Positions 36,201 through 45,002 of a stretch of DNA of 47,602 nucleotides are shown piece by piece (within the stretch, counting starts at the first letter, position 1; every line of letters begins with the position of its first letter). The translations under genes were made by a program, and so were the position numbers. The DNA is from a virus (lineage: Duplodnaviria; Caudoviricetes): the IMG/VR virus record IMGVR_UViG_3300049846_000940, positions 1 to 47,602 of that record, one strand, 5' to 3'. Under the pieces are notes generated by a model that saw only the letters and a program-made list of their open reading frames with translations, searched no databases and had not been told where the DNA came from.

Positions 36201-36829
36201 CTGATCCTGGTGTTACAGCTTCAGATTATACTGCTACAGCTACTACTAACTTCACTACCAATCAGACGGAGTTTAATGTTATTGTAGGTAAGTTGAACGT
36301 AGATACTAATCTTTTCTATAACAACTACCCTACTTCCACAGGAACCGTGTCTTATGAAGTCACTGTTACTGCTACGAATGCTATCACTAAAAAGATCACT
36401 ATTCGTAACCAAGTACCTTTTATTCAAGGAGCTTTAATTGATTTTAAATCTATCCCAACTACCGTAGTATGGGCACCTCAAACATTCGGAGATCCTTCCA
36501 CACTCAAGCAAGTACGTGAAGCTACTACACTTTTTGAATACCGTAATTTTATTGCAGCTGAAGCGGCGTTTAGCACAGACCTAAGCCCCGGATTCCAAAC
36601 TATTCCTGTTTATGGTGAGGGTGGTGGAACTTGGGGGGGAGAGGTGTTCGGAGATTTCGTATGGGGAGGTGATGGAACCTCTACTCCATTTAGAACCTAT
36701 ATCCCACGAGAAAAAATTCGTTGTAGATTCATGAACTGCAGATTTAAGCACTCTGCTGCATTCGAAAAATACGCTCTTTATGGGCTATCCCTAACAGTCG
36801 AAAATACTTCAACGAGGGCTTATAAGTAA
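33230..36829 (+). CDS. Tail nozzle / stabilisation protein (P22 gp10-like) with insertions
   Basis: GL...P...A.NV...RRG N-terminus, NRIYFSK..PE and propeller-type WTKW; 1199 aa. Confidence 0.8.
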   Translation: MAQNVVLKAKGLHTFPNTLSEIPEGALLEASNVVIDRDSVVNPRRGFKLYGNALSGPSTNRLKQLLTYKNRVLRHYSTRLEVDSDGAGTFTVFNDETASPASLTEVETGLRIKSVEANGNLYITTSDGIKKISALSQATLPSSIITESGVPAALDTSVELNSATGFFSQDSAVAYRAIWGRRDNNNNLLFGAPSERTVITNSLLTLLVNDFNSLLVKLDAAAAINTGTLNMTDYEADLKLASSASSTAVHTALKDLCQKLDADMTVTTYYNGGGPPSIYNDYATAPDNPATTGQLEDLQAFFDAIVDALISESLANIDLNAQTAANFTNSTQSATVDVTLTIPDGITIDDFFQVYRTEVARSGTSSFLSDVDPGDEMALVYEANPTAPEIAARVVTFLDITPDSFREANLYTNANTGEGIAQANERPPIAKDISLFKNSVFYANTKTKHKKQLALLSATDLTNRTLTIGLVGGSSYTYTFKDTAKTTEITCIAGSLFVSGGAADYFDLYTANDEKIYRFWFDVNNTCTPPSGAGVTLVEVDIASTDTAAQVATKLANVINLYDEFSISTLSAVVTVVNNTQGTSSAPVDNVANVGFTLVVPSGKDGSGENVGSRYVGIGNDPTPAQAVDATARSLVRIINRQTTENVNARYISGPNDVPGLILFETRVLTSNAIYFTVSDTTIGDKFNPVLPTTGTSVVSDNEITPNRIYFSKYQEPEAVPLVNTLDIGPKDKKIIRIAALRDSLFVLKEEGVYRVSGDAGQFAVIPFDNTVVCRVPDSVAVINNQIFFFADQGIATLTDTGASIVSRSIEDQLLPLINSEYEDFPTASFGVGYETDRAYLFWTVTDTSDDVATQCFRYNYFTQTWTKWLLSKTCATLTDRLYLGAADTNYVEIERKSYTRLDYADREVSLTMPASAITGTTLTLGALFGVVMGDVLVQDQKLTIAQYNRLLKKLDTDVGVGFTDYYSSLGAIPGDNLGNKLVLLAAKLNADPGVTASDYTATATTNFTTNQTEFNVIVGKLNVDTNLFYNNYPTSTGTVSYEVTVTATNAITKKITIRNQVPFIQGALIDFKSIPTTVVWAPQTFGDPSTLKQVREATTLFEYRNFIAAEAAFSTDLSPGFQTIPVYGEGGGTWGGEVFGDFVWGGDGTSTPFRTYIPREKIRCRFMNCRFKHSAAFEKYALYGLSLTVENTSTRAYK

Positions 36830-37242
36830 TGGGAAAACTGTTTGAATTTAAACGGTTACGCATAGAAGACTTCTCTGAAGAGGATAGGGCTATGATTGAA
36901 AAACTAGCTTATATCTATAATTCCTCTATGGAAGAGGTCTATAGAACTCTAAATGGTAATGTAGACTTTGGCTCTAATATTAATTCTGAAGTAAGAACTA
37001 TCACGCTCACAGTTGGAGCTGACGGTAAGCCTACGAATAAACTGAGTTTTCAAACAGCCGTTGTGGGCACAATTGATGCTATCCTGTGTGGTAGAGCTAA
37101 AAATCTAAGCAATCCGACTACTTATCCGTCAGGAACACCACTAGTATCCTTTACTCAAAATGGAGGTCTTGTGACTATTGATCACGTAACTAATCTGACT
37201 GCAGGTAATAAGTACGAACTCACTTTACTTTCAATAGGATAA
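36829..37242 (+). CDS. Small tail protein
   Basis: Coupled to the nozzle gene; LNGNVDFGSN. Confidence 0.65.
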   Translation: MGKLFEFKRLRIEDFSEEDRAMIEKLAYIYNSSMEEVYRTLNGNVDFGSNINSEVRTITLTVGADGKPTNKLSFQTAVVGTIDAILCGRAKNLSNPTTYPSGTPLVSFTQNGGLVTIDHVTNLTAGNKYELTLLSIG

Positions 37243-37250
37243 CAAGTAAT
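37240..37250 (+). promoter_or_regulatory. Putative late promoter TAACAAGTAAT
   Basis: Just before the ejection-protein block. Confidence 0.65.
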
Positions 37251-37258
37251 AATAGACT

Positions 37259-38653
37259 ATGGCAATAATCAAGCAAGACGATGAAAACGAAGTAAAAGCG
37301 CCCACGGTTGGAGCGCCTTCTGGTCTTAGCGCCCCTACTACTCCCGCTAAACAAGCCTCCTCAGGAAGATTCACTAATCTACAGAGGTATATGTCCGCTA
37401 ATCAAGGCAATCAACTTGGTCAGAGAGTGGTAGGCAATATTAATAAAGCCGCAGAACAAACCAAACAACAATTGCAAACTGGTCAACAGGAATTTGCCAA
37501 GCAAGCTGGAGAAGCTGCTTCTGCCTTTCAAGGCGGACAAGGTATTCAAGAGAAGATTAAGTCTGGTGCTGAAGGATTAACAGCCGATGAGATCGCAAAG
37601 GCTCAAGCAATGCGCGATGCTTCTTATAAAGGACCACAGGAATTAGGTAATATCCAGACACTAAAATCAGGTGCCCAGAATATTGGTCAGTCTGCTGCCA
37701 GTACAGCTTCGGAAGCTGGTCGTCAAAATTTACTTAAGACAATGTTCGCCAAACAAGGCTACAATACAGGTCAGCAAAGATTAGACCAACTCCTTCTTCA
37801 AGGGGCTCAGCCAACATTAAATCAAGCTCGTCAAACGGCAGGAAAGCTTTCTCGTGAAGTTGGGCAGGCTGATATTGGTGCTCGCACTCAAGCTCAAAAC
37901 CTAGCGGCTGAAGCTGCTGGTGTACAAAAAGCAACACGCGGCGCTATTGAAGGTGCTGTAACTGGATTAGAACAAGATCTAGCTGGTTCAGTGTCAGCTG
38001 CTAATGCTGCTAGAGAGGCTCGGTATGAGAAACTGCGCTCCGCACTAGAAAAAGGAACTATTACTGATCAAGACGCTCGTGCCCTTGGGTTAAATCTAAA
38101 GGTTGGAGAAAACTTTCTTTTCGATGCTGCTCCAGAAACATTACTATCTAAAGGTGCTACAGCAACGGCGGAAAATGTGCTGTCTGCTCAGCAAGCTGCT
38201 CGTGTAAACGCTTTACGACAGCTCGGTGGAGGCGGCTATTTGGATCAGTTTGGGGCAGAAGCTAAGGCGGGGTCTTACGATCCTTCTAAAAACGTTGTAT
38301 TAGATACCAAAACACTAGAAAAACAAATAGCAGATCGTCAGTCTTCACTACAAAGTGCCGCAGATTCTTATAACAGAACAGCTCAAGACTATGCAGCATT
38401 TTTTGCCACAGCTAAACAGCAACTTAGAGGCGCTATGCCAATGTCTAGTGATGCTGATGTAGAAGCCGCAGCTCGACGAGTAACAGATCAGACTTGGGGT
38501 TCTAAACTACAGGATGCCAGAAATAATTATTCAGCAATTCAGGGGATCATGAATCAAGGTAGACGGCTTAATGTAGTTGAAACGCCTGCTAATTCTGTTT
38601 CTTCAGATGTAGAAGACACCTCTTATAAAACAAGCGTTAGACCAAGGAGTTAA
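37259..38653 (+). CDS. Internal virion / ejection-like protein 1
   Basis: Ala/Gln/Gly-rich helical composition; position after the tail genes. Confidence 0.65.
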   Translation: MAIIKQDDENEVKAPTVGAPSGLSAPTTPAKQASSGRFTNLQRYMSANQGNQLGQRVVGNINKAAEQTKQQLQTGQQEFAKQAGEAASAFQGGQGIQEKIKSGAEGLTADEIAKAQAMRDASYKGPQELGNIQTLKSGAQNIGQSAASTASEAGRQNLLKTMFAKQGYNTGQQRLDQLLLQGAQPTLNQARQTAGKLSREVGQADIGARTQAQNLAAEAAGVQKATRGAIEGAVTGLEQDLAGSVSAANAAREARYEKLRSALEKGTITDQDARALGLNLKVGENFLFDAAPETLLSKGATATAENVLSAQQAARVNALRQLGGGGYLDQFGAEAKAGSYDPSKNVVLDTKTLEKQIADRQSSLQSAADSYNRTAQDYAAFFATAKQQLRGAMPMSSDADVEAAARRVTDQTWGSKLQDARNNYSAIQGIMNQGRRLNVVETPANSVSSDVEDTSYKTSVRPRS

Positions 38654-38655
38654 TT

Positions 38656-39711
38656 ATGGCATTACCACTATTAGGCGCAGCAGCATCGGGATTAGGCGGG
38701 TTAATCGGTGGCCTATTTGGTTCCGACAACGAAGCTGCAGCTGAAGAAGCACGTAGACAGGCTCTTCAGGAAATCTCCGGTGTTCGTATTCCAACCATTG
38801 AAGAACAGCAGATTGCACTAGAAAGATTACAACTACAAGGTACCTTGGACCCTATAATGGAAGGTGTTGAAACCCTTGGTCCTAGTGAAATGGGAGCAAT
38901 CTCCCTTGATCCAGAATTAAGAGCGGCTCAAATGGCAGCTTTACGTGATATGGGTAGTATTGCTCGTGGTGGATTATCGGCTACCGACAGAGCTAATATC
39001 AACGAAATTCGCGCTCGTAATGCTCAGCAAGTGCGGGCTCAAGAAGAATCGATTATGCAAGAAATGGCCCGTCGTGGTATGGGCGGAAGCAACCAAGAGC
39101 TTGTGGCTCGAATGCAAGCAGCTCAGATGGGAGCCAATAGAGCCTCTTCTGAAGGAGATCGTATCGCTGCTATGGCTGAACAAGCTCGCCGTGAAGCCTT
39201 ATCTCAACAAGCTAGTATGGCTGGTAATGTTCGTGGGGCTGACTTTGGTGAAGCTTCTGCTAAAGCTCAAGCTGCAGATGCTATTGCCCGTTTTAATGCT
39301 GCGAATAAGCAGGGCGTTATGACACGAAATGTTGGGGCTTCTAGAGAAGCTGAGGCAGCTAATCTAGCAGCTAAGCAAAGACTCGCTGATGCTAACGTAG
39401 GACTATCTAATCAGCAGCAGATGTACAATAAAGCATTGATTCAACAGCAATATCGCAATCAGATGGAAAGGGCTCAAGCTAAGGCAAATGCGCTCGCTGG
39501 AGAAGCTGCTGCACAGAAACAAGAGGCTGCTCAAGATAGAGCAATGGGTTCTGGAATTGGTAACACTGTAGGTCAAGGTATTATAGCTTACGGAGCTAGG
39601 GAAGATCAGAAAGAAAAGGACGCATTAGATCGAGCTGAAAGAGCTGAGGCAAGACGCTATTATTCTACTGGTGGCGGTACTGGCTCTAACAATAAGCCGT
39701 TCGCTTGGTAA
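38656..39711 (+). CDS. Internal virion / ejection-like protein 2
   Basis: Gly-rich hydrophobic N-terminus LGAAASGLGGLIGGLFG; Ala/Gln coiled coil; ARRGMGGS. Confidence 0.75.
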   Translation: MALPLLGAAASGLGGLIGGLFGSDNEAAAEEARRQALQEISGVRIPTIEEQQIALERLQLQGTLDPIMEGVETLGPSEMGAISLDPELRAAQMAALRDMGSIARGGLSATDRANINEIRARNAQQVRAQEESIMQEMARRGMGGSNQELVARMQAAQMGANRASSEGDRIAAMAEQARREALSQQASMAGNVRGADFGEASAKAQAADAIARFNAANKQGVMTRNVGASREAEAANLAAKQRLADANVGLSNQQQMYNKALIQQQYRNQMERAQAKANALAGEAAAQKQEAAQDRAMGSGIGNTVGQGIIAYGAREDQKEKDALDRAERAEARRYYSTGGGTGSNNKPFAW

Positions 39712-39714
39712 TTT

Positions 39715-41040
39715 ATGGCAACTGATTTTAAACCGTTTCCTATTTTAGATAATGAATGGCTAAGAAGCCTTGGGGCAGATGAAGAGCAAAACGCTTCAAC
39801 TGATCCATCTATGGACTTATTTAATCAGTACGTTCTTAAAAACTCGTCTAGTAAGTCAGATATTCTAGCTCCGGTGTTTGCTCCTCCGTCGATGGAACCG
39901 GTAGAAGAAGAAGCTCCAGTAGCTGCTCCTCCTGTACCAGTAGTACAACCAAAAGCAGTCCAAGTTCCATCTATTGCGGCTAAACGTCCAGAAGCTGGAT
40001 TAGAGCCTTTAAGTAGAATGTTTGGTACTGATCAAGAAGACGCTCTAACAAAAGCTGCAATGAAGCGTCGTGATGACTTACAGTTTGCTGCGGACATGTC
40101 TCGTGTAGGAACTGGATTAGCGGAAGCGTTTAGTCGCGGTGCTTATAAAGGCGATGATGCGCTGGCAAAATCGTTGGAGGCTCGTGCCTCTCAGAGTCTT
40201 GGAGATATTGATGCTGAACGTAAAGCAAAGACTAATCGCATTAATACCGCTATTATGATGCAGCAGCTTAATGACAAAGTAGCTAAAGCTGATCCGACCT
40301 CTCCAGTATCGGCCACTTATCGTCAGATGTATAAACAAGCTACCGGTGATTCAATTCCAGAAACAGCTTCTGCTGATGATGTGCTGAAATTATATCCTTT
40401 AATTGAAACAAGACTGAAGCGAGAAACTTTAGCTGAAGCTCGTAGAGAAAAAGAAACAGTTAAAAAAGAGATGGAGGCTGTAAAACAAACTGATAAATTA
40501 GCTAAGGATGTCGCTAATTACGCTAAAAAAACAATTAACTCCATCCATGTTGCCGATCAGTTTGCCGAAGAAATTCAAAATTATCGAAATGACCCATCCT
40601 TTTTCCGCAGTATTATGGCTCGGTATGGGTTTGCTAAATCAAATGACCCTGAAAGCGCAGTTAGAGAACATGAATTAAACCTGCTTATGGGCGGAGCTTG
40701 GGTTACGCAAGCCAAAAACTTTATGACCAAAGCCATGAATGGCCGGGTTCAGACAAACGAACAAATCGCAGAATTGCAAAGAATCGCTAAAGAAATGCAA
40801 GCTAACGCAGTTAAACGGCACCACGATATGACCAAACCTATTTATAACAGAGCACTGAAACAAAAGGTTCCTCTACAAGATATTGATCCTTTTTACGGTC
40901 GCTACGAAGCTTTAAAAGGAGATGAAGATGGGGAAGTTGGTGTTAGGTTGTCTGATGGTAGTCTAGCTATGATGACTATGAAAGAATTCGAAGAAGCTCA
41001 GAAAAAAGATCCTAATATTAAACTTCTAAGGAAACAATAA
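39715..41040 (+). CDS. Internal virion / ejection-like protein 3
   Basis: Helical; DPTSPVS and DPESAVREHE motifs. Confidence 0.7.
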   Translation: MATDFKPFPILDNEWLRSLGADEEQNASTDPSMDLFNQYVLKNSSSKSDILAPVFAPPSMEPVEEEAPVAAPPVPVVQPKAVQVPSIAAKRPEAGLEPLSRMFGTDQEDALTKAAMKRRDDLQFAADMSRVGTGLAEAFSRGAYKGDDALAKSLEARASQSLGDIDAERKAKTNRINTAIMMQQLNDKVAKADPTSPVSATYRQMYKQATGDSIPETASADDVLKLYPLIETRLKRETLAEARREKETVKKEMEAVKQTDKLAKDVANYAKKTINSIHVADQFAEEIQNYRNDPSFFRSIMARYGFAKSNDPESAVREHELNLLMGGAWVTQAKNFMTKAMNGRVQTNEQIAELQRIAKEMQANAVKRHHDMTKPIYNRALKQKVPLQDIDPFYGRYEALKGDEDGEVGVRLSDGSLAMMTMKEFEEAQKKDPNIKLLRKQ

Positions 41041-43349
41041 TGGCAAGACCAGTAACAAAAGAAGATCTAAAGAGACTAGGCTATGTTGTGGATGAACCAC
41101 AGGAACCAGGAGAACTCGAAGCTTTTGGTCGTGGTGCTGCTCAAGGTCTGACATTTGGCTTTGCTGATGAACTTACCGGCGCAGCTCAAGCTGCTTACGA
41201 AGGTTTAACTGGCGACGAACGCGATTTCTTAGATCGTTATAGACAAGCTACAGAAGAATCTAGAGCAGCATACAAGGCTGCAGAAGAATCTAGTCCAATT
41301 ATCTCCACTGCCGGAAACATTGTTGGAGGATTAGCTCCAGCTATTCTTTCTGGCGGCACATCTTTAGCTCCGAAAGTTGGGGCTACTGTTGGGCAAAAAA
41401 TTGCTAGCGCCGCTACTATGGGTGCTTTGGGTGGTGCGGCTACTGGTTTGGGTGTTAGTGAAGCTACTAGCGCTCCGGAAATGGCAAAAGAAGCACTAAT
41501 GGGAGCTGTCGGTGGAGGCGTTTTGGGTGGCGCAGCAGGTGCTGGCGGCAAAGTTGCTGCAACTACTATTGGTGCCGGTATCGGAGCAGCCCTGTCCCCG
41601 GAAGATCCACTAGCAGGGGCAGCTATTGGTGGAACAGTTGGTCTAGCGGGTCAAACCGCACTAAAAGCTGTAAAAGAGTCTTCTCCTGCTGGGATTATGT
41701 CTAAGGCTTTTAAACGAGGGGAAGAAGGAGTCGATCTTCGTTCTAATGAATCTAATAGACAATTAAAAGAACGTTTTTCGGATATCAATGTAGAATCAGA
41801 TATGGCGCTAGAGCAGGCAAGAATTGCCGCGCAACAGCAACAGGCAGAGTTACGGCGTAAAGGATCAAAAATTTCTATTCGTGCCTGGTATGAACAAGCA
41901 AAAGACGCGATTAAAAAAGCCAAAGATGAATTTGGTGCCGATCCAAAAGTTTCTGATGAGCTGTCTCAAGTAGAGCAGTTAGTAGATAATTACATTCTCG
42001 GTAAAGTAGAAAATCTAGATGTTCCAGTTCTTGAGTCGTCTGGTTCTCTTCAACGACGTTTAGAAAAATTAGACAAAAAACTTGAGCAGTTAAATGTCAG
42101 AGAACAAGCTAAACGTGAAGCGCAGCTAGTAGCCCAGCCCTATAAAGCCGCTGGACAAGCTGGAGAATTGCTCACTCCGGAAGGAAAACCTTACGAGTAT
42201 CTTTCTAGAGCAGGGGTTCTACAGAAAGCTAAAGCTTTAAAACGTAATCCAGAAACTGGTGAATTGATGCCAACGCTTGGGGATACGGAATTAAATGCTG
42301 CTTTTGATGATCTGGCAATGAGTAATATAAATCAAGCACTACCATTTGAAAAACAGCAGGTTCAACTTGGTGGAAAACAGTATGAAACTATAGCTGATGT
42401 TCGGAGTGGTAAGGTTATGAGCGAAGCTGTTCCTATTGAAGCAGTCGAGCCTCCTATTGAGAGTGTTCAAAGTGTACAAGTGAGATTTCCTGCTACAGTA
42501 GGCGAGGAGATGACAGTACCGACTTCTCAAGTATCTAAACTTAAAGGAGCTGTGGGTAAATATGGCTCTCAAGGTGAAACTCCACTATCTACTCCTGAAG
42601 GAAAATCCCTCGTTAATAGATTGCTTAGTCCGGTGGAGGCACGAGAGTTATCTGCTACAGAACAAACTATGGGCTTTACAAAAGAGAGCCCTACTCTTAA
42701 GGGCTTAGAGGAACTTGGCGGAGGAGAAGCTCTGACAAATACCAATAAATTCTTATCTAACCTTTTTAAAGTGGAAAAAGAAATCCCAGATTTGATGAAG
42801 GTAATTAGTGAATCCCGTAATACCCCGTCCGCCTTAGAAGCTTACAAAAAAATTAAAGATTACAAGGCTACTTTATCTGCACTAAAAGATCAAGCAACTA
42901 ATCCTGAGCTAAAAACAAAAGCAGCAGCTCTAGAAAGAAACCTTGCTAAGGCTGAGGAACTGTCTCAAGACGTAATGTTACACTCTGAAATCACTTCCAA
43001 AGGACTAAGTCAAGACCTAACTGATCCAAGAAATTGGTTAGCAACCTCCTCTCGCGGCTTTGCTTATGGTGGTGCAAACTGGGCCGGATTACAAAAGAAA
43101 GCGGCTAAAGATACCGTAGCTGCAGTAGGAAAAAAACTCTACGAAATGACACCGGAAGCATTACAAGATGTCGCTACTAAAATCTCTCAGCGGTTTAAGG
43201 ATTCTCCTACTGCTCAGAAGTTTGCTCAGCAGCTCTCTATGGCGTCTGGAAAAGATCACGTAAAGCGTAACGCATTACTCTTCACTCTACAGCAGAATCC
43301 TGCTTATAGGGAATTTATTCAGCAGCTAGGAGACGACAATGGACAATAA
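41040..43349 (+). CDS. Internal virion / ejection-like protein 4
   Basis: RGAAQGLTFGFADE motif and Gly-zipper hydrophobic segments. Confidence 0.75.
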   Translation: MARPVTKEDLKRLGYVVDEPQEPGELEAFGRGAAQGLTFGFADELTGAAQAAYEGLTGDERDFLDRYRQATEESRAAYKAAEESSPIISTAGNIVGGLAPAILSGGTSLAPKVGATVGQKIASAATMGALGGAATGLGVSEATSAPEMAKEALMGAVGGGVLGGAAGAGGKVAATTIGAGIGAALSPEDPLAGAAIGGTVGLAGQTALKAVKESSPAGIMSKAFKRGEEGVDLRSNESNRQLKERFSDINVESDMALEQARIAAQQQQAELRRKGSKISIRAWYEQAKDAIKKAKDEFGADPKVSDELSQVEQLVDNYILGKVENLDVPVLESSGSLQRRLEKLDKKLEQLNVREQAKREAQLVAQPYKAAGQAGELLTPEGKPYEYLSRAGVLQKAKALKRNPETGELMPTLGDTELNAAFDDLAMSNINQALPFEKQQVQLGGKQYETIADVRSGKVMSEAVPIEAVEPPIESVQSVQVRFPATVGEEMTVPTSQVSKLKGAVGKYGSQGETPLSTPEGKSLVNRLLSPVEARELSATEQTMGFTKESPTLKGLEELGGGEALTNTNKFLSNLFKVEKEIPDLMKVISESRNTPSALEAYKKIKDYKATLSALKDQATNPELKTKAAALERNLAKAEELSQDVMLHSEITSKGLSQDLTDPRNWLATSSRGFAYGGANWAGLQKKAAKDTVAAVGKKLYEMTPEALQDVATKISQRFKDSPTAQKFAQQLSMASGKDHVKRNALLFTLQQNPAYREFIQQLGDDNGQ

Positions 43350-43617
43350 ACGATTTGATCAGCTTGATAGTAAGATTGACCGCTTAGACCAACGCTTGGA
43401 TAACATCGATAAATCTTTGGCTGTTAATACAGAACAGCTTAAGTACCACATTAAGCGTACAGATTTAAATGAGAAACGCATCGAACATATCGAGAATCAC
43501 GTTGTCACCGTGAACAGCGTTTTTAAAACACTGACGATTATTGTTACCGTTGCTGCGGGTCTTATTGGCGCAGTAGCGGCTATTGCCTCTATCTTATCGC
43601 ACTTTAAGCTGCTTTGA
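43339..43617 (+). CDS. Coiled coil plus C-terminal TM protein (XhlA/holin-like)
   Basis: AGGAG RBS; heptads then a ~25-aa hydrophobic helix; last plus-strand gene. Confidence 0.6.
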   Translation: MDNKRFDQLDSKIDRLDQRLDNIDKSLAVNTEQLKYHIKRTDLNEKRIEHIENHVVTVNSVFKTLTIIVTVAAGLIGAVAAIASILSHFKLL

Positions 43618-44067
43618 GTTTCTAGCCTTTCGGTCTAACAACTCTATCATGGTATCTTCTTGACTACCAGGATTAGGGTCTTGTCTATTTTCTACAGCTT
43701 CTTCCCAATTATCAGTCCAGCCAGTAGTCCTAAATAAAGACACAGTATCACGATTTCTGGAGTTATTGCGTCTATAACAGTCCAGTTTTTCTTCTTTGGT
43801 CTTGTGTAAAATGGTTCCGCTGTGGTTGAAACTTGCTCCGACATACTCTTCATTAAAATCACTTAGCCATTTCTTCTCTTCTGCAGAGAGCTTGTTAACA
43901 TAATCTTGATCAATTAATTCCCACCTACTCTTCGGGTGGACACTCTGTCTCAAACCTGCGAGCGGCCCGCGCTTTGCGGAGCTTTTCTTTCTTGGCTTTG
44001 CGTCTTTCGTCGTTGAAGGGCTTGATTTTTGCGTAGTTTTTAAGCCCGTTTTTCCGTCTTTTTTCAT
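43594..44067 (-). CDS. Hypothetical protein with basic N-terminus
   Basis: 157 aa; DQDYVNKLS.EEK.WL..FNEEY core. Confidence 0.7.
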   Translation of the reverse strand: MKKDGKTGLKTTQKSSPSTTKDAKPRKKSSAKRGPLAGLRQSVHPKSRWELIDQDYVNKLSAEEKKWLSDFNEEYVGASFNHSGTILHKTKEEKLDCYRRNNSRNRDTVSLFRTTGWTDNWEEAVENRQDPNPGSQEDTMIELLDRKARNSKQLKVR

Positions 44068-44434
44068 ACAAAAGTTGTTCTCGTCTCTTTCTGTTCTCCG
44101 CCGCTATACGGTTAAGAAGATCATCTGGTCGAAGATCAAATGGCTTACCGTCTAATCGGTAATATCCACCATCTCCAGACTCTCGAAGTTGCCTAAAGTT
44201 TTTTCTAAAGAATACTGCAAAGGCTCTTGGATTGAGTTTTGGTTTTCCGTCTGACCACTTTTCATAAGCCTCATACACCTTCCACCACATTACTTTATCT
44301 CTACCTTCTTTGATACCGAGGGATACGATAAAGTCCTCTACATCCGAATACTCCTGAAATACTTCTTCAGGAACATCCAGTTCGGCTATTTTTAGTAGCT
44401 CCTCTATCTCTTTAGCGGATAGTTTTGGAGACAC
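43925..44434 (-). CDS. Winged-helix-like protein with basic tail
   Basis: VEDFI...VYEAYEKW...LNPRAF...YY resembles the C-terminal wHTH of D5/P4-type primase-helicases. Confidence 0.55.
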   Translation of the reverse strand: MSPKLSAKEIEELLKIAELDVPEEVFQEYSDVEDFIVSLGIKEGRDKVMWWKVYEAYEKWSDGKPKLNPRAFAVFFRKNFRQLRESGDGGYYRLDGKPFDLRPDDLLNRIAAENRKRREQLLYEKRRKNGLKNYAKIKPFNDERRKAKKEKLRKARAARRFETECPPEE

Positions 44435-44765
44435 CTACGGCTACCAATCCAGTCAATACTGCACCGAGTACGAAATAGCCTGTTTTAACCCACATAGAGG
44501 TTGAGTTAGCCGACACCAACTGATCGGCTAACTCCTTTGACTGATCCTTATATAGAGTAAGGCGTTGGTTCAGAAGATTATTTTCTGTTTCCATTAACGT
44601 CACAATACGCTTATTAGACTCTAGCTCTAATCCTAGATGATAAGCTTTAGCCGCCGATTCTTCTGTGATTAGATATCCTTTAAAAGGAGCCGGGTCGCCC
44701 TTATTTAAAAGTACTGTATCAGCTAAAGAGGTCTGTGCAATTAATAGTAACAGTAGAAGTCTCAT
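44412..44765 (-). CDS. Signal-peptide protein with coiled coil and C-terminal TM helix
   Basis: MRLLLLLLIAQTSLA signal; LNKGDPAPFKG; C-terminal YFVLGAVLTGLVAVGV. Confidence 0.75.
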   Translation of the reverse strand: MRLLLLLLIAQTSLADTVLLNKGDPAPFKGYLITEESAAKAYHLGLELESNKRIVTLMETENNLLNQRLTLYKDQSKELADQLVSANSTSMWVKTGYFVLGAVLTGLVAVGVSKTIR

Positions 44766-44995
44766 AGTTTATTAAAAAAGTCCTTGATCTTTTCAGGAGA
44801 AGGTGTTTCTTTTTTAGCCTTCTCCAGACTACTCTTTTCTTCTTCAATCTTATTACGAACTTCTTCTTGTTTTGTTTCTAGAACAGCATCTTTTACTTTA
44901 GTTTCAGAAATAAGAGCATCTGATTCTAAACTACGATTACGTCTCCAGAGAACAAAGAAGGCGAGGGCTGCCGCTAGGACAGCCCCAATCTTCAT
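44762..44995 (-). CDS. N-terminal TM plus coiled-coil protein (i-spanin-like architecture)
   Basis: MKIGAVLAAALAFFVLW then a charged helix; stop overlaps the next ATG. Confidence 0.6.
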   Translation of the reverse strand: MKIGAVLAAALAFFVLWRRNRSLESDALISETKVKDAVLETKQEEVRNKIEEEKSSLEKAKKETPSPEKIKDFFNKL

Positions 44996-45002
44996 TTTAA
45001 CG

